Source of the DNA: Candidatus Sericytochromatia bacterium | Lineage (GTDB): Bacteria; Cyanobacteriota; Sericytochromatia; S15B-MN24; UBA4093 | Reading direction: 5' to 3' | Assembly (NCBI GenBank): GCA_036676985.1 | Contig: JAKFBU010000004.1 | Coordinates: 64,001 to 128,000 of the forward strand | Length of the DNA: 64,000 nucleotides | In this document: piece after piece, positions 31,668-41,637 of the stretch | Layout: the number at the start of each line of letters is the position of its first letter | Position numbering within the stretch: position 1 is the first letter of the stretch | Notes under the pieces: generated by a model | Told to the model about the DNA's origin: nothing | The model's input: the letters and a program-made list of their open reading frames with translations, nothing else | Database searches by the model: none | Translations under genes and position numbers: made by a program

Positions 31668-33137
31668 CTAGACGATCCGGAAGTTGTCCTTCAAGACGCA
31701 GCGACGCAGGCGGGTGAAGTGCCGAGCCGTCGTCAGCCCCTCGCCCGTGGGGTGGGCGATGGTGAAGGAGGTGGGTCCTTCGCCGCCGAGGCCCAGCCCC
31801 GCAAAGGTCGGTCCGTTCTTGATGAAGATCGCCGTGTCCATCTCACGCGCCATCTTGTGCATGTGATCGACGTTCTTGGAGTGGATGGTGGCCGTGTGGC
31901 CGTAGCCGTGCTCGACCTCCTTGGCCAGCTCGATCGCCTCTTCGATGTCGCGCACCCGCACCAGGGGGATGACGGGCATGAGCTGCTCGGTCCACACCAG
32001 GGGATGGTTGCGGTTGACCTCGCAGAGCACCATCCGGCAGGTCGACGGCGCGTCCACGCCGATCTCCTTGAGGATGACGTGCGCGTCCTTGCCGACCCAG
32101 TCCTTGTTGATGTCGCTCTCGACGCCCGGGCCGTTCTGCTTGACGAGGATGACCTTCATCAGGCGCTCGGTCTGGGTTGAGGTGAGCTCGTAGGCGCCGC
32201 AGCGCTTGAGCTCTTCCTTGAGGCGATCGGCGATCGAGGCGACCGCGATGATCTCCTTCTCGGCGATGCAGACGATGTTGTTGTCGAGGGTCGAGCCCAG
32301 GTAGATGTTCTTGGCGGCCTGCGGGATGTCGGCCGTCTCGTCGACGACCGCCGGCGGGTTGCCGGGGCCGGCGCAGATGGCCTTCTTGCCCGAGTTCATG
32401 GCGGCCTTGACCACGCCGGGGCCGCCCGTGACCACCAGGAGCTTGATGTCCTTGTGCTTCATCAGGGCCGACGAGACCTCGATGGAGGGCTCGGCCACCG
32501 AGCAGACCAGGTTCTTGGGGCCGCCGACCGACTGGATGGCCTGGTTGAACAGGCTGATGGCGAAGTTCGTGACGCCCTTGGCCTTGGGGTGCGGCCCGAA
32601 GACCACCGAGTTGCCCGCGGCGATCATGCCGATCGAGTTGCAGATGATGGTCTCCGAGGGGTTGGTCGTGGGGGCGATCGCCCCGATGACGCCCCAAGGG
32701 GCCCGCTCGACGAGCGTCATGCCGTCGTCGCCCGTCCAGACGATGGGGTCGAGGTCCTCGACGCCCGGGGTCTTGGTGGCGACCAGGCGGTTCTTGTTGA
32801 GCTTGTCCTCGTAGCGGCCGAGGCCCGTCTCGTCGACGGCCATGCGCGCGAGGGTCTCGAGGTTGGCGAGCACCGCCGCCCGCATGGCGGCGATCATCTG
32901 CTTGCGCTTCTCGAGCGACATCTCGACCAGCTGGCGCTGGGCGACCTTGGCGGCCGCGACGGCGGCGTCGAGATCCGGGAAGATGCCGTCGCCCGAGGGC
33001 GCGTAGGCCACGGGGCGGGCGCCCTCGAGGCGCGCGAGGGGCTGGGGGACGCTCGGCTTGACGACGCCCTCAGCGTGCAGCCGGCCCATGACCTGGCTGA
33101 CGAGGGAGTTGATCTGGTCCTGATCGATGGCCATCAC
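31668..33137 (-). CDS. eutE: CoA-acylating aldehyde dehydrogenase (EutE/PduP family) with N-terminal encapsulation peptide
   Basis: IDQDQINSLVSQVM, PTTNPSET, VTGGPGVV, DNNIVCIAEKE, EQLMP, GEGLTTAR. Confidence 0.93.
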   Translation of the reverse strand: MMAIDQDQINSLVSQVMGRLHAEGVVKPSVPQPLARLEGARPVAYAPSGDGIFPDLDAAVAAAKVAQRQLVEMSLEKRKQMIAAMRAAVLANLETLARMAVDETGLGRYEDKLNKNRLVATKTPGVEDLDPIVWTGDDGMTLVERAPWGVIGAIAPTTNPSETIICNSIGMIAAGNSVVFGPHPKAKGVTNFAISLFNQAIQSVGGPKNLVCSVAEPSIEVSSALMKHKDIKLLVVTGGPGVVKAAMNSGKKAICAGPGNPPAVVDETADIPQAAKNIYLGSTLDNNIVCIAEKEIIAVASIADRLKEELKRCGAYELTSTQTERLMKVILVKQNGPGVESDINKDWVGKDAHVILKEIGVDAPSTCRMVLCEVNRNHPLVWTEQLMPVIPLVRVRDIEEAIELAKEVEHGYGHTATIHSKNVDHMHKMAREMDTAIFIKNGPTFAGLGLGGEGPTSFTIAHPTGEGLTTARHFTRLRRCVLKDNFRIV

Positions 33138-33141
33138 TCAC

Positions 33142-33456
33142 CTACCATTCGCCAACGGCAATGGGCGTGTCCTTGGTGTACTTGGTCACTCCCTCGACGT
33201 CCCAGGTGTCGACGATGGCCATGATGGTCGCGTCGATGGGCTTGCCCTCGGTGGCGTAGGTCTGGCGAGCCGAGCTTCCCGAGGCGTACAGGACGACCTC
33301 GCCGATGCCCGCTCCGACCGAGTCGGCCGCGATGACGTAGCCGCCGGATTCCTTGCCTTCGACGTTCAGCTGGCGGACCACCATGAGCTTGGTACCGATG
33401 AGCTTCTCGTCCTTCTGGTCGGCGACGACGGTGCCGACGATCTTGCCAATGAGCAT
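33142..33456 (-). CDS. BMC vertex pentamer (BMC-P, EutN/CcmL family)
   Basis: GKIVGTVVADQK, AADSVGAGIGE, GSSAR, PIDATIMAIVD. Confidence 0.93.
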   Translation of the reverse strand: MLIGKIVGTVVADQKDEKLIGTKLMVVRQLNVEGKESGGYVIAADSVGAGIGEVVLYASGSSARQTYATEGKPIDATIMAIVDTWDVEGVTKYTKDTPIAVGEW

Positions 33457-33555
33457 GCGACGCTCCTTCGCGACGGAAATGGGATCAGGCCACCCCCGCC
33501 CCGCCCGTCCCCGTGTGGGAAGGGCTTGCGGGGGTGACCTGCCTCAGGCTCCGGC

Positions 33556-33870
33556 TTAGTAGTTGACCTGGGCGACGGGGTCCACGGTGGAGACGCGGCG
33601 GCCCAGGGGCAGCACGGTGTCGACGTTGGCGTGCGGACGGGCGATGACGTGGACGGCGACCACCTCGCCGACCTTCTCGGCGGCACGGGCGCCCGCGTCG
33701 GTGGCGGCCTTCACGGCGGCCACGTCGCCACGGACAATCGCGGTCACAAAGCCGCCGCCGGTCTGGACCATCTGGACCAGCTCGACCTTGGCGGCCTTGA
33801 CCATCGCGTCAGCGGCCTCGACCATCGCCGCGAAGCTCTTGCACTCGATCATTCCCAACGCTTCAGCCAT
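33556..33870 (-). CDS. BMC-H hexameric shell protein (EutM/PduA-like)
   Basis: [39 protein letters not shown]. Confidence 0.95.
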   Translation of the reverse strand: MAEALGMIECKSFAAMVEAADAMVKAAKVELVQMVQTGGGFVTAIVRGDVAAVKAATDAGARAAEKVGEVVAVHVIARPHANVDTVLPLGRRVSTVDPVAQVNY

Positions 33871-33935
33871 GGGTGATTACTCTCCTCTTAAGACGGACCG
33901 GAACGCCCGGCCCTGCTTGTGCCTACTGGGTGTCC

Positions 33936-34574
33936 CTACTTCTTGGCCAGCTCTTCGACGCCGGCGAGGCCTTCGAGGGCCTTGGTGGCCGCCTCGGCGG
34001 CGACCATGACGTCGGCCTCTTCGCCCGCGAGGTACACGCGGCCGAAGGCGCCGGCGGCCCGGATGATGACGATGTTGATGTTGGCGGCCTTCTCGGCCTC
34101 ATTGGCGACGAGCGTCGCGTAGGCGGCCGGGTAGCACTCCATGATGAAGAGCGTCTGTCCGCCGATGAGCATCATGCCCTTGCGGCCCGAGCGGTTGATG
34201 AGCATGGCCTGGTGATCGTCCACGTGGCGGATGACCTGGCTGCTGATGATCTTGGGCTTGAGGCGATCGTGCTCGGTCTTGCCGATGGCGTTGAGGATGG
34301 CCTCACCGGCGGCGCGCACGTCGGCCTGCGAGTCGCTGTGCAGCTCGAGCATGCCGTACTGGCGCTCGACGATCTGCTCGGCGGGCGTCACGTGCGTGGC
34401 CTTGAGAGCAACGTCCATCAGGCGGTTGATCTCCATGCCGGGGGCGATCTCGACGTAGAGGGCGGCCTGGCCCGCGACGGGCAGGTAGCCAGCGGCCGTG
34501 GACGCCGAGTAGGCGGCGAACTGCGGCTGCAGATTGTCGAGGAAGACGTAGGTGCGAAGCTGGACGTTCTCCAT
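33936..34574 (-). CDS. BMC-T shell protein, permuted stacking type (CcmP/CsoS1D-like)
   Basis: LRTYVFLDNLQPQ, EIAPG, VERQYGMLE, ANEAEKAA, GAFGRVYLAG. Confidence 0.88.
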   Translation of the reverse strand: MENVQLRTYVFLDNLQPQFAAYSASTAAGYLPVAGQAALYVEIAPGMEINRLMDVALKATHVTPAEQIVERQYGMLELHSDSQADVRAAGEAILNAIGKTEHDRLKPKIISSQVIRHVDDHQAMLINRSGRKGMMLIGGQTLFIMECYPAAYATLVANEAEKAANINIVIIRAAGAFGRVYLAGEEADVMVAAEAATKALEGLAGVEELAKK

Positions 34575-34604
34575 CGTTACTCCTTATGGCCCCGCGGGAC
34601 CGTG

Positions 34605-35777
34605 CTAGTAGCCCGAGGTGCTGGACTTGCCGCCGCCGACGATGCTCACCGAGGCCGAGGCCCCGATGCGGGTCGCCCCGGCCTTGATCATCTCCAGGGC
34701 GCCCTTGCGATCGCGCACGCCGCCCGACGCCTTGACGCCGAGCTCGGGGCCGACCGTCGCGCGCATGAGGGCGATGTCGTAGGCGGTGGCGCCGCCCTTC
34801 GAGAAGCCCGTGGACGTCTTGACGAAGGTCGCACCCGCCGACTTGGAGAGCGCGCAGGCCGTGACCTTCTCTTCGTCGGTCAGGAGGCAGGTCTCGAGGA
34901 TGACCTTGCTGACGAGCCCGCCGCAGGCCTGGACGACCGCGCGGATGTCGGCCTCGACGAGGTCGTAGCGCTTGCTCTTGAGAGCACCGATGTTGAGGAC
35001 CATGTCGATCTCGGTGGCGCCGTCGGCGATCGCCTGCTTGGTCTCGAAGGCCTTGACCTCGGACGGCGTGGCGCCGAGCGGGAAGCCCACGACGGTGCAG
35101 ACCTTGACGTCCGTGCCCTTGAGCAGCTTGGCGGCGAGCGCCACGTTCGAGGGGTTGACGCAGACGGACATGAAGTGGTGCTTGGCGGCCTCCTGGCAGA
35201 GCTTGGTGATCTCGGCCTCGGTGGCGTCCGCCTTGAGCAGCGTGTGGTCGATCATGCGGGCGAGGGCGTGGTTCTCGGCGGCAACGCCGGCCGAGCCGCC
35301 CGTCAGCTCGCCGAGGGAGCCCTGGCGCAGGCCGAGGGCCGTGAGCTTGTCGCTCAACTCGTCGAAGGAGAGGACCCGCTTGCCCTTGGCGAGCGCGGCC
35401 TTGACCACGCGGGCGGCAAAAGCGTCCGAGTCCTTGGCGAGGAGCTGGTTGGCCAGGGAACGTGGCAGGCTCGGCAGGACCACCACGTCGGCCGCACCCA
35501 CCTCGGCCTCCAGGGATCCCTTGAGGGAGGCCTCGCTGACGATGCGGGCGCCCTGGGAGGCGATGTTGCCCGTGGCGAGCACGGCCTCGGCCCAGCGGGG
35601 CACGGCCACGACCACCTCGTTGCCGCGGCTGGTCAGGGCGCTGACGGCGTCCGAGAAGGCGCGGGTGTCTTCGGTGTAGACGAGCCAGACGAGGCGAGGG
35701 GAGAGCGACGGGGTTGCGGCCCCCGTGGCGGCCGTAACCTGGCGGGTGACTTGATCGACGAGAGCCGTAAGGTCCAT
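34605..35777 (-). CDS. deoC: Deoxyribose-phosphate aldolase with N-terminal encapsulation-like peptide and extra domain
   Basis: [44 protein letters not shown] after about 165 extra residues. Confidence 0.93.
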   Translation of the reverse strand: MDLTALVDQVTRQVTAATGAATPSLSPRLVWLVYTEDTRAFSDAVSALTSRGNEVVVAVPRWAEAVLATGNIASQGARIVSEASLKGSLEAEVGAADVVVLPSLPRSLANQLLAKDSDAFAARVVKAALAKGKRVLSFDELSDKLTALGLRQGSLGELTGGSAGVAAENHALARMIDHTLLKADATEAEITKLCQEAAKHHFMSVCVNPSNVALAAKLLKGTDVKVCTVVGFPLGATPSEVKAFETKQAIADGATEIDMVLNIGALKSKRYDLVEADIRAVVQACGGLVSKVILETCLLTDEEKVTACALSKSAGATFVKTSTGFSKGGATAYDIALMRATVGPELGVKASGGVRDRKGALEMIKAGATRIGASASVSIVGGGKSSTSGY

Positions 35778-35789
35778 CCGTTCCTCTTC

Positions 35790-36245
35790 TTAGGAGTTCA
35801 GCCGATAGAGCTGGGATTCGAGGTCCTGGATCTTCGAGATCCGGCGGGCATGACGCGGGCAGGGCTGGGTGTCGAGCCAGGTCTTGACGATTTCCTTGGC
35901 GAGCCCGATCCCGATGATGCGGGAGCCCAGGGTCAGGACGTTGGCGTGGTTGTGCTCGCGGGCATTCCGGGCGGCGAAGAGATCGTTGCAGAGGCTGGCC
36001 CGGATGCCGGGCACCTTGTTGGCGACGATCGACGAGCCGATCCCGGCGCCGTCCACGATGATGCCGACCGGCGCCTCCCCTTTGGCGACGGTCGCGGCGA
36101 CGAGGAAGGCGAAATCCGGGTAGTCGACGGATTCGGTGGAATGAGTCCCGAGATCAACGGGCGTGTGGCCAAGCTCCGAGAGATAGGCGAGGAGCTGCTG
36201 CTTGAGCTCGTAACCGCCGTGGTCGCTGCCGATGACGATCTTCAT
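35790..36245 (-). CDS. rpiB: Ribose-5-phosphate isomerase B family
   Basis: IGSDHGG, VDYPD, DGAGIGS, ANKVPGIRA, AREHNHANVL, RHARRI. Confidence 0.93.
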   Translation of the reverse strand: MKIVIGSDHGGYELKQQLLAYLSELGHTPVDLGTHSTESVDYPDFAFLVAATVAKGEAPVGIIVDGAGIGSSIVANKVPGIRASLCNDLFAARNAREHNHANVLTLGSRIIGIGLAKEIVKTWLDTQPCPRHARRISKIQDLESQLYRLNS

Positions 36246-36509
36246 CTCGTATTCGTACCTTGCCTTGTAGGAAGGGGGGCTTGGCCAGGACTGGCCTATC
36301 GTAGCATATGCTTGCGCGCTTGTGTATCACTCCCGACGCCCGTGTTGGCGGTACGTCAGAGAAGTGACCCAACGAGGATTTAATACCCGCTTGCGGAACC
36401 TTTCACGCTCTTGACGAACATTTGACGACACTTCCCCGCTTGGCGGCCGGATAAAGGTGGTGGCGATCGCCGTGCCGCATCGCCTGGCCCCAACCTAAGG
36501 AGTGACGCC

Positions 36510-37616
36510 ATGTTCAATCCGTGCGATCTGGCTTTCACGCGGAGTCCGCAGCCTCCTAGCCTGCGCGAGGGCGGAGAGCTCGTCGTCGAGACGGCGCCGG
36601 TCGCACCGCCGCTCGACGTGCCCGGGGCGGGGACCCTGCCGCGGCCGCCTTTGCCGGGCCCGGCGGACGTGGTCCTGCCCATGGCCAACCCGCTCGCGGC
36701 GGCGGCCGGCAACCTCGACCACATGCGCGGCGAGCCGGATGCCGCTGCGGAGCTGGAGCGGGCGCTGCCGGCCATGGCCCAGCGGGTGCTCGACCTCATC
36801 GCCAAGAGCGGTCCGGCGCTCGACGGGGCGCTGTCGGCCATGGCGGGCAAGCCTCTTGAAGAAGGCCGTTATGAGGCTCAGGGCGGGCGCTCGGGCCGCG
36901 CGTCCTTGGGGGACGACCTTGCCGGGGCGCAGCGCCTCGCGCGCTCTAGGCCCTTGCCGCCGCCGTTGCCGCCCCAGGCGCTCGCCCCCATGCAGCCCGT
37001 CCTGGATCTGGTGCCGCCCCTCGAGCATGTGACCATCGACCTGGACAAAGTCGCTCAGCTGCCGGCGCCGTCGGCCCCGAAGGCCCTCGTGGCGGCCCGG
37101 GCGGAGGCCCTCGCGATCCCCTGGACGTCCCGGGAAGGTGAGCGCCTGCGCCAGGAGGCGCCGACGACCGTGACGCCCGCCCAGGTCCAGGTGGCCTTGC
37201 TCCAGATCCCGGAGCTCGAGAAGTTCGTGGGCGGCGCCCTGCAGTTGGCGAGCGATGGTGCCTTCAAGGGCTTCCCGGCCGCCAGCCGGGAGGGCTTTCA
37301 GCGCCTGGCGGCCATGACGCAGGTCGGCAAGCCGACCCCGGTGGGAACCTACCTCGTCGCGCTGCGCGACGTCTATCAGTCCTACAAGGTGGACTTCTAC
37401 AGCCTGCTGCGGGCGCGGCGCGCGCTCCTCGACCGGCGGGATCCGGCATCGCTCATCCCCTTGCTCACCGAAGAGGAGCTGGAGGACTACCTGTGGCGCA
37501 AGTACGGCGAGGCCCTGAGGATCCGCCTGTGGCGCCTGCTGCGGACCTCCGTCCGAGAGGAGGACGTGCCCTCGTTCGACGAGGAGCAGGAGTCGGTTCG
37601 GGGTAAAGAGAACTAG
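36510..37616 (+). CDS. Hypothetical Pro/Ala-rich protein
   Basis: 368 aa ORF after AAGGAG; helical C-terminal region; no family recognised. Confidence 0.65.
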   Translation: MFNPCDLAFTRSPQPPSLREGGELVVETAPVAPPLDVPGAGTLPRPPLPGPADVVLPMANPLAAAAGNLDHMRGEPDAAAELERALPAMAQRVLDLIAKSGPALDGALSAMAGKPLEEGRYEAQGGRSGRASLGDDLAGAQRLARSRPLPPPLPPQALAPMQPVLDLVPPLEHVTIDLDKVAQLPAPSAPKALVAARAEALAIPWTSREGERLRQEAPTTVTPAQVQVALLQIPELEKFVGGALQLASDGAFKGFPAASREGFQRLAAMTQVGKPTPVGTYLVALRDVYQSYKVDFYSLLRARRALLDRRDPASLIPLLTEEELEDYLWRKYGEALRIRLWRLLRTSVREEDVPSFDEEQESVRGKEN

Positions 37617-37682
37617 GCCTCGCCTCGGGGCACGCGTGGCCGGTTCCACCATCGCACGGGCAGCGGCATGCCAGGAGGACGA

Positions 37683-39044
37683 ATGGCAGGACCCATCGGC
37701 AATCAATCGAGTATCCGGCCGGTCGCGCCGCGTCCCTCGCTGCCTTCCGCCGTGCCACAGATGCCGCCCCAGGGGCCTGAGCCGGCACTTGGGCGCGATC
37801 AGAACCAGGTGAAGGCCGTACCGTCGCCCCAGGCCTTGCCGGATCTGCGGGATAGTGTCGGCCAGGTCTCGGCGGACGACTTCCTCGCCATGGATCTCGG
37901 GCCCGCTGAGCCGACGCCGGCGGACGTGCGCCGAGAGTTCGACAGCTTCCGACATGACGCGGATCCGATCAACGTCAACAAGTTCACGCGGATCGAGCGG
38001 GACGCCGTTCCCCTCGACGAGTTGAACGGCGAGTGGGACGAGGTGGCCACGGACCTCATCCGGACCAACGAGGGTCTGGCGCAGGCGGCTTACGAGAAGC
38101 TCTCGCCGAAGCAGCAGGATCAGTACAAGGGTCTGGACAGCTTCTTGAGCGGCGATCCCTCGGCTCGGCTGTCTCTCCAGGTCATGCTCATCGAGGGAAC
38201 GCTGACGGGCGGTTCCCGTTCGACGAGCGGCGGGACCCTGCTCGACTCGCTGCATGACGTCTCCACCAGGCCCACGCTGGAAGGCCTGGATGCCAAAGGG
38301 CTCGTGAGCGACCTCGTCCAGGAGGTCTCCCTGCCGGCCTCCATTGCCCAGGAAAGCTACGGGACCTGCACCGTCACGACCGTCCAGGTCAAGCTGGCCA
38401 GGGAGAACCCGGCGGAATACGCCCGTTTGGTCGGCGGCCTCGCGTCTCCGGAGGGGAAGGTCAACCTGGCCAACGGCGACGCCGTCGTGCGGGATCCCGG
38501 CTCCGAGGAGCCTCAGTACGACAAGGCCAAGCGCATGATGCCCGACGGCAAGATCGTCGAGGTCGATGTCCTGGATGAGCGGACGGCCTCCTCGCGCCTC
38601 TTCCAGGCCGCTTTCATGGAGTATGGCCTGGGCGAGGGCGTGGACTACGATCCGGTGAAGGACGAGGCGACCGATCCGACGCAGATGGGGGCCGGCCTCG
38701 TCCACCGGACCATGGCGGGCCTGTCGGGCGCCAAGGTCGACACCCTGCTCGCCCCGAGCTACCGGGGCTATGCCGACGACGGGGCCAAGCAGGTGGACAC
38801 GGGTGCCCTCGTGAACCGTCTTGCCGACGAGACCGGCAAGGGCAACTCGGTGCCGGTGGGGATTGCCTGGGGCGAGGCCGACGAGAGCGGGCGCTTCCAT
38901 GGCTTCCATGCCGTCGACGTCTCGAAGGTCGACGGGGATCGCGTCTACTTCAACAACCCGTGGGGCAAGGAAGAGAGCATGACGCGCGAGGAGTTCGCCC
39001 AGCGCGTGCGGTTCGCCCAGGTCGGCTCGTTCGACGCCAAGTAG
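37683..39044 (+). CDS. Putative papain-fold cysteine peptidase
   Basis: QESYGTC (Cys), GFHAV (His), FNNPWG (Asn); AGGAGG RBS; low-complexity N-terminus. Confidence 0.65.
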   Translation: MAGPIGNQSSIRPVAPRPSLPSAVPQMPPQGPEPALGRDQNQVKAVPSPQALPDLRDSVGQVSADDFLAMDLGPAEPTPADVRREFDSFRHDADPINVNKFTRIERDAVPLDELNGEWDEVATDLIRTNEGLAQAAYEKLSPKQQDQYKGLDSFLSGDPSARLSLQVMLIEGTLTGGSRSTSGGTLLDSLHDVSTRPTLEGLDAKGLVSDLVQEVSLPASIAQESYGTCTVTTVQVKLARENPAEYARLVGGLASPEGKVNLANGDAVVRDPGSEEPQYDKAKRMMPDGKIVEVDVLDERTASSRLFQAAFMEYGLGEGVDYDPVKDEATDPTQMGAGLVHRTMAGLSGAKVDTLLAPSYRGYADDGAKQVDTGALVNRLADETGKGNSVPVGIAWGEADESGRFHGFHAVDVSKVDGDRVYFNNPWGKEESMTREEFAQRVRFAQVGSFDAK

Positions 39045-39076
39045 CGACAGGAGGCGGTCGTTTCGTCGGGAAGGGG

Positions 39077-39961
39077 TCAGCCCTGGGCGCGACGCCGAGC
39101 GGCGCCGTAGACGTCCTTCATGCGGCGCTTGGAGACGTGCGTGTAGAGCTGGGTGGTCGAGATGTCGGCATGGCCGAGCATCTCCTGCACCGAGCGCAAA
39201 TCCGCGCCGTTCTCGATCAGGTGCGTCGCGAAGCTGTGGCGTAGCGTGTGCGGCGTGATGTCCTTGGTGATGCCCGCCTCCTTGGCGGCCTCCTTGACGA
39301 CCTTCCAGATGCCCTGGCGCGTCAGGCGGCGCCCGGCGTAGTTCAGGAACAACGCGCGCTCGCTGGGCCGGACCTTGGTCTTGGGGCGGACCTGCGTGAG
39401 GTAGGCCTCCAGCGCCGTGATGGCCGCGCGGTTGATGGGCACCAGGCGCTCCTTGGAGCCCTTGCCGAAGCAGCGGACGTAGCCGGTGGTGAGGTTCAGG
39501 TCCTGCAGGTTGATGCGGGTCAGCTCGCTCACGCGCAGGCCGCCGGCGTAGAGCAGCTCGAGAATGGCGCGATCGCGCAGGTCCGCGGGCTGCTCGACCA
39601 GGCGGGTCACCTCGCTCTGGTTGAGGACCTTGGGCAGGTAGCGAGCGGTCTTGGGGCGCTCGACCTCGGCCGAAGGATCGCGATCGATCAGCTTCTCGCG
39701 GAGCAGGTACTGGTAGAAGGTCTTGATGGCCGCGATCTTGCGGGCGATCGAGGTGGCGGCGAGGCCGCGCTCGCGGAGCTCCTTGGTGAAGCCCGTGATG
39801 GTCATGCGGGTGGTCTGGCCCCAGCTCTGGATCTCATGGGCGTGCAGGAACTCGATGAACTGCCTGAGGTCGTTGTTGTACGCCGCCAGCGTGTGCTCGG
39901 ACAGGGCGCGTTCCACCATCAGGTAATCGATGAACTCCGAGAGGTTCTGCTGCAGGGTCAT
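39077..39961 (-). CDS. xerD: Tyrosine recombinase XerD
   Basis: RDRAILELLYAGGLRVSEL, GKGSKER, HTLRHSFATHL, LGHADISTTQLY. Confidence 0.92.
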   Translation of the reverse strand: MTLQQNLSEFIDYLMVERALSEHTLAAYNNDLRQFIEFLHAHEIQSWGQTTRMTITGFTKELRERGLAATSIARKIAAIKTFYQYLLREKLIDRDPSAEVERPKTARYLPKVLNQSEVTRLVEQPADLRDRAILELLYAGGLRVSELTRINLQDLNLTTGYVRCFGKGSKERLVPINRAAITALEAYLTQVRPKTKVRPSERALFLNYAGRRLTRQGIWKVVKEAAKEAGITKDITPHTLRHSFATHLIENGADLRSVQEMLGHADISTTQLYTHVSKRRMKDVYGAARRRAQG

Positions 39962-40263
39962 CCTTGATCTCCATAGCGGGTCGAACGCGCACGGCAACGG
40001 CGCCCCCGTCCTCGACGGGGAGCAGATCGGTGCGTGACAGCGATCGATGGGGGCCTGACCGCGCTCCGTTCCGTCGGCGCGGCCTTCCGGCGTTATGTGG
40101 GGTATAGTAAGACGGACCGCCTGGAAGATCCGTGTTATGGGTCACCAGGCCGCTTGGTGTCTTTGTCACAAACTCCCGCGGGGCTCGTCAGCCGCCTGGG
40201 ATCTTGCCGATGGACCGGAAGCGCCGGCGGCTAAAACGGACAGCGAAGGGAGGTGGTGGCAGG

Positions 40264-41469
40264 GTGTCCGACGAAAAAACAGAACCCGCAACAGACCATA
40301 AACGCCAGGAAGCGCGTAAATCGGGTAACGTCCTCAAGAGCCAGGACGTGACGGTCACATTCCTGCTCTTCGGCCTGGCCTACAGCATCAACGCCTTCGG
40401 CCAGCTCGCCTTCAAGTACCTGTACGGGTTCTTCGTCGAGACCTACGAGCAGCTCTACCTCTTCACCGACTACGATCTGAAGGGCGTCACGGGCATCCTG
40501 CTCAAGGCCTGCCTGATCATCCTGATCTGCAGCGTCCCCATCGCCGCCCTCGCCTTTCTGCTCACATGGATCGGCAACCTCCTGCAGGTGGGCGTGATGA
40601 TCACGCTCAAGCCGCTCAACCCCGCCGAGGGCTTCAAGAAGATCAACCCCATCAACGGGGCCAAGCAGCTCTTCTCCCTCAAGAAGGTCATCGAGCTGGT
40701 CAAGAGCCTCATCAAGATCATCGTCATCGGCTGGATGTCCTACGGCATCGTCAAGGACGCCCTGGGACAGATCCTGCTCACCTCGGGCATGGCCGTCCCG
40801 GCCTCCATGGCGCTTTTGGGATCCTTGCTGCTCACGATCCTCCAGAAGATCGCCCTGACCATGATCGTCCTGATGATCCTGGACTACGGCCTGCAGAAGT
40901 GGCAGTACGAGAAGTCCCTCAAGATGTCCAAGCAGGAGCAGAAGGACGAGTACAAGAAGCTGGAAGGCGACCCGCACGTGAAGGGCCGCATCCGCCAGAA
41001 GCAGATGGAGATGGCCATGAACGCCGGCCGCGGCGCGGTGGCCGAGGCGGACGTGGTCATCACGAACCCGACCCACTACGCCGTGGCGCTGGAGTACAAG
41101 CCGAAGAAGGGCCAGAAGGCCCCGGTCGTCATCGCCAAGGGCAAGAACGCGTACGCGCTGGAGATCCGGCGCATCGCCGAGGAGAACTTCATCCTCATCG
41201 TGGAGGATCCCCCCACCGCGCGGATGCTCTACAGCCAGGTCGAGGTGGATCAGGCGGTGCCGCCCGAGCTGTTCCAGGCGGTCGCGAAGATCATCGCGCT
41301 CCTGTACAAGGGGCGGCGGCGGGCGCAGGCGCAGCCGCAGCAGCCGGTGCTCACGGAGATCCCGAGCATGCCGGTGCCGGCCGAGGTGCAGCTGGCCCTG
41401 GAGGCCGCGCTGCCGGAGGCGACCCCGCAGTCCGCGGAGCCCAAGGCGGATCAGCCGCCGTCCGTGTAG
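40264..41469 (+). CDS. flhB: Flagellar/type III export protein FlhB
   Basis: EKTEPAT..K..EARKSG, KMSKQEQKDEYK..EGDP, NPTH autocleavage site. Confidence 0.92.
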   Translation: MSDEKTEPATDHKRQEARKSGNVLKSQDVTVTFLLFGLAYSINAFGQLAFKYLYGFFVETYEQLYLFTDYDLKGVTGILLKACLIILICSVPIAALAFLLTWIGNLLQVGVMITLKPLNPAEGFKKINPINGAKQLFSLKKVIELVKSLIKIIVIGWMSYGIVKDALGQILLTSGMAVPASMALLGSLLLTILQKIALTMIVLMILDYGLQKWQYEKSLKMSKQEQKDEYKKLEGDPHVKGRIRQKQMEMAMNAGRGAVAEADVVITNPTHYAVALEYKPKKGQKAPVVIAKGKNAYALEIRRIAEENFILIVEDPPTARMLYSQVEVDQAVPPELFQAVAKIIALLYKGRRRAQAQPQQPVLTEIPSMPVPAEVQLALEAALPEATPQSAEPKADQPPSV

Positions 41470-41497
41470 GACGCCCTTTAAAGACTATGATTGGCCC

Positions 41498-41598
41498 TCC
41501 CGTCATCCCCGCGGAAACGGCGTCACCCTCGCGAAAGCGGGGGCAGGGTTTGCTCTCGGGAGCGCATGCGCTGGACCCCCGCGTTCGCGAGGGTGACG
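41498..41598. repeat. REP-like palindromic element (copy 2)
   Basis: GTCACCCTCGCGAAAGCGGGGG...CCCCCGCGTTCGCGAGGGTGAC, as at 9741-9834. Confidence 0.8.
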
Positions 41599-41637
41599 TC
41601 GTCCTTACGCTCGGGTGGATACGTGAGCGACCGCGGG

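Noticed and set aside
27982-36245. Carboxysome, Eut or Pdu assignment
   Set aside because: No RuBisCO, carbonic anhydrase, ethanolamine ammonia-lyase, diol dehydratase or glycyl-radical enzyme
39077-39961. Tyrosine recombinase as a prophage or island integrase
   Set aside because: Length and motifs fit housekeeping XerD; no att repeats, tRNA or phage genes nearby
40000-40263. Riboswitch upstream of flhB (also considered 55870-56050 upstream of the DMT gene)
   Set aside because: No recognisable c-di-GMP, TPP, SAM, guanidine or fluoride consensus by eye; an Rfam scan would be needed
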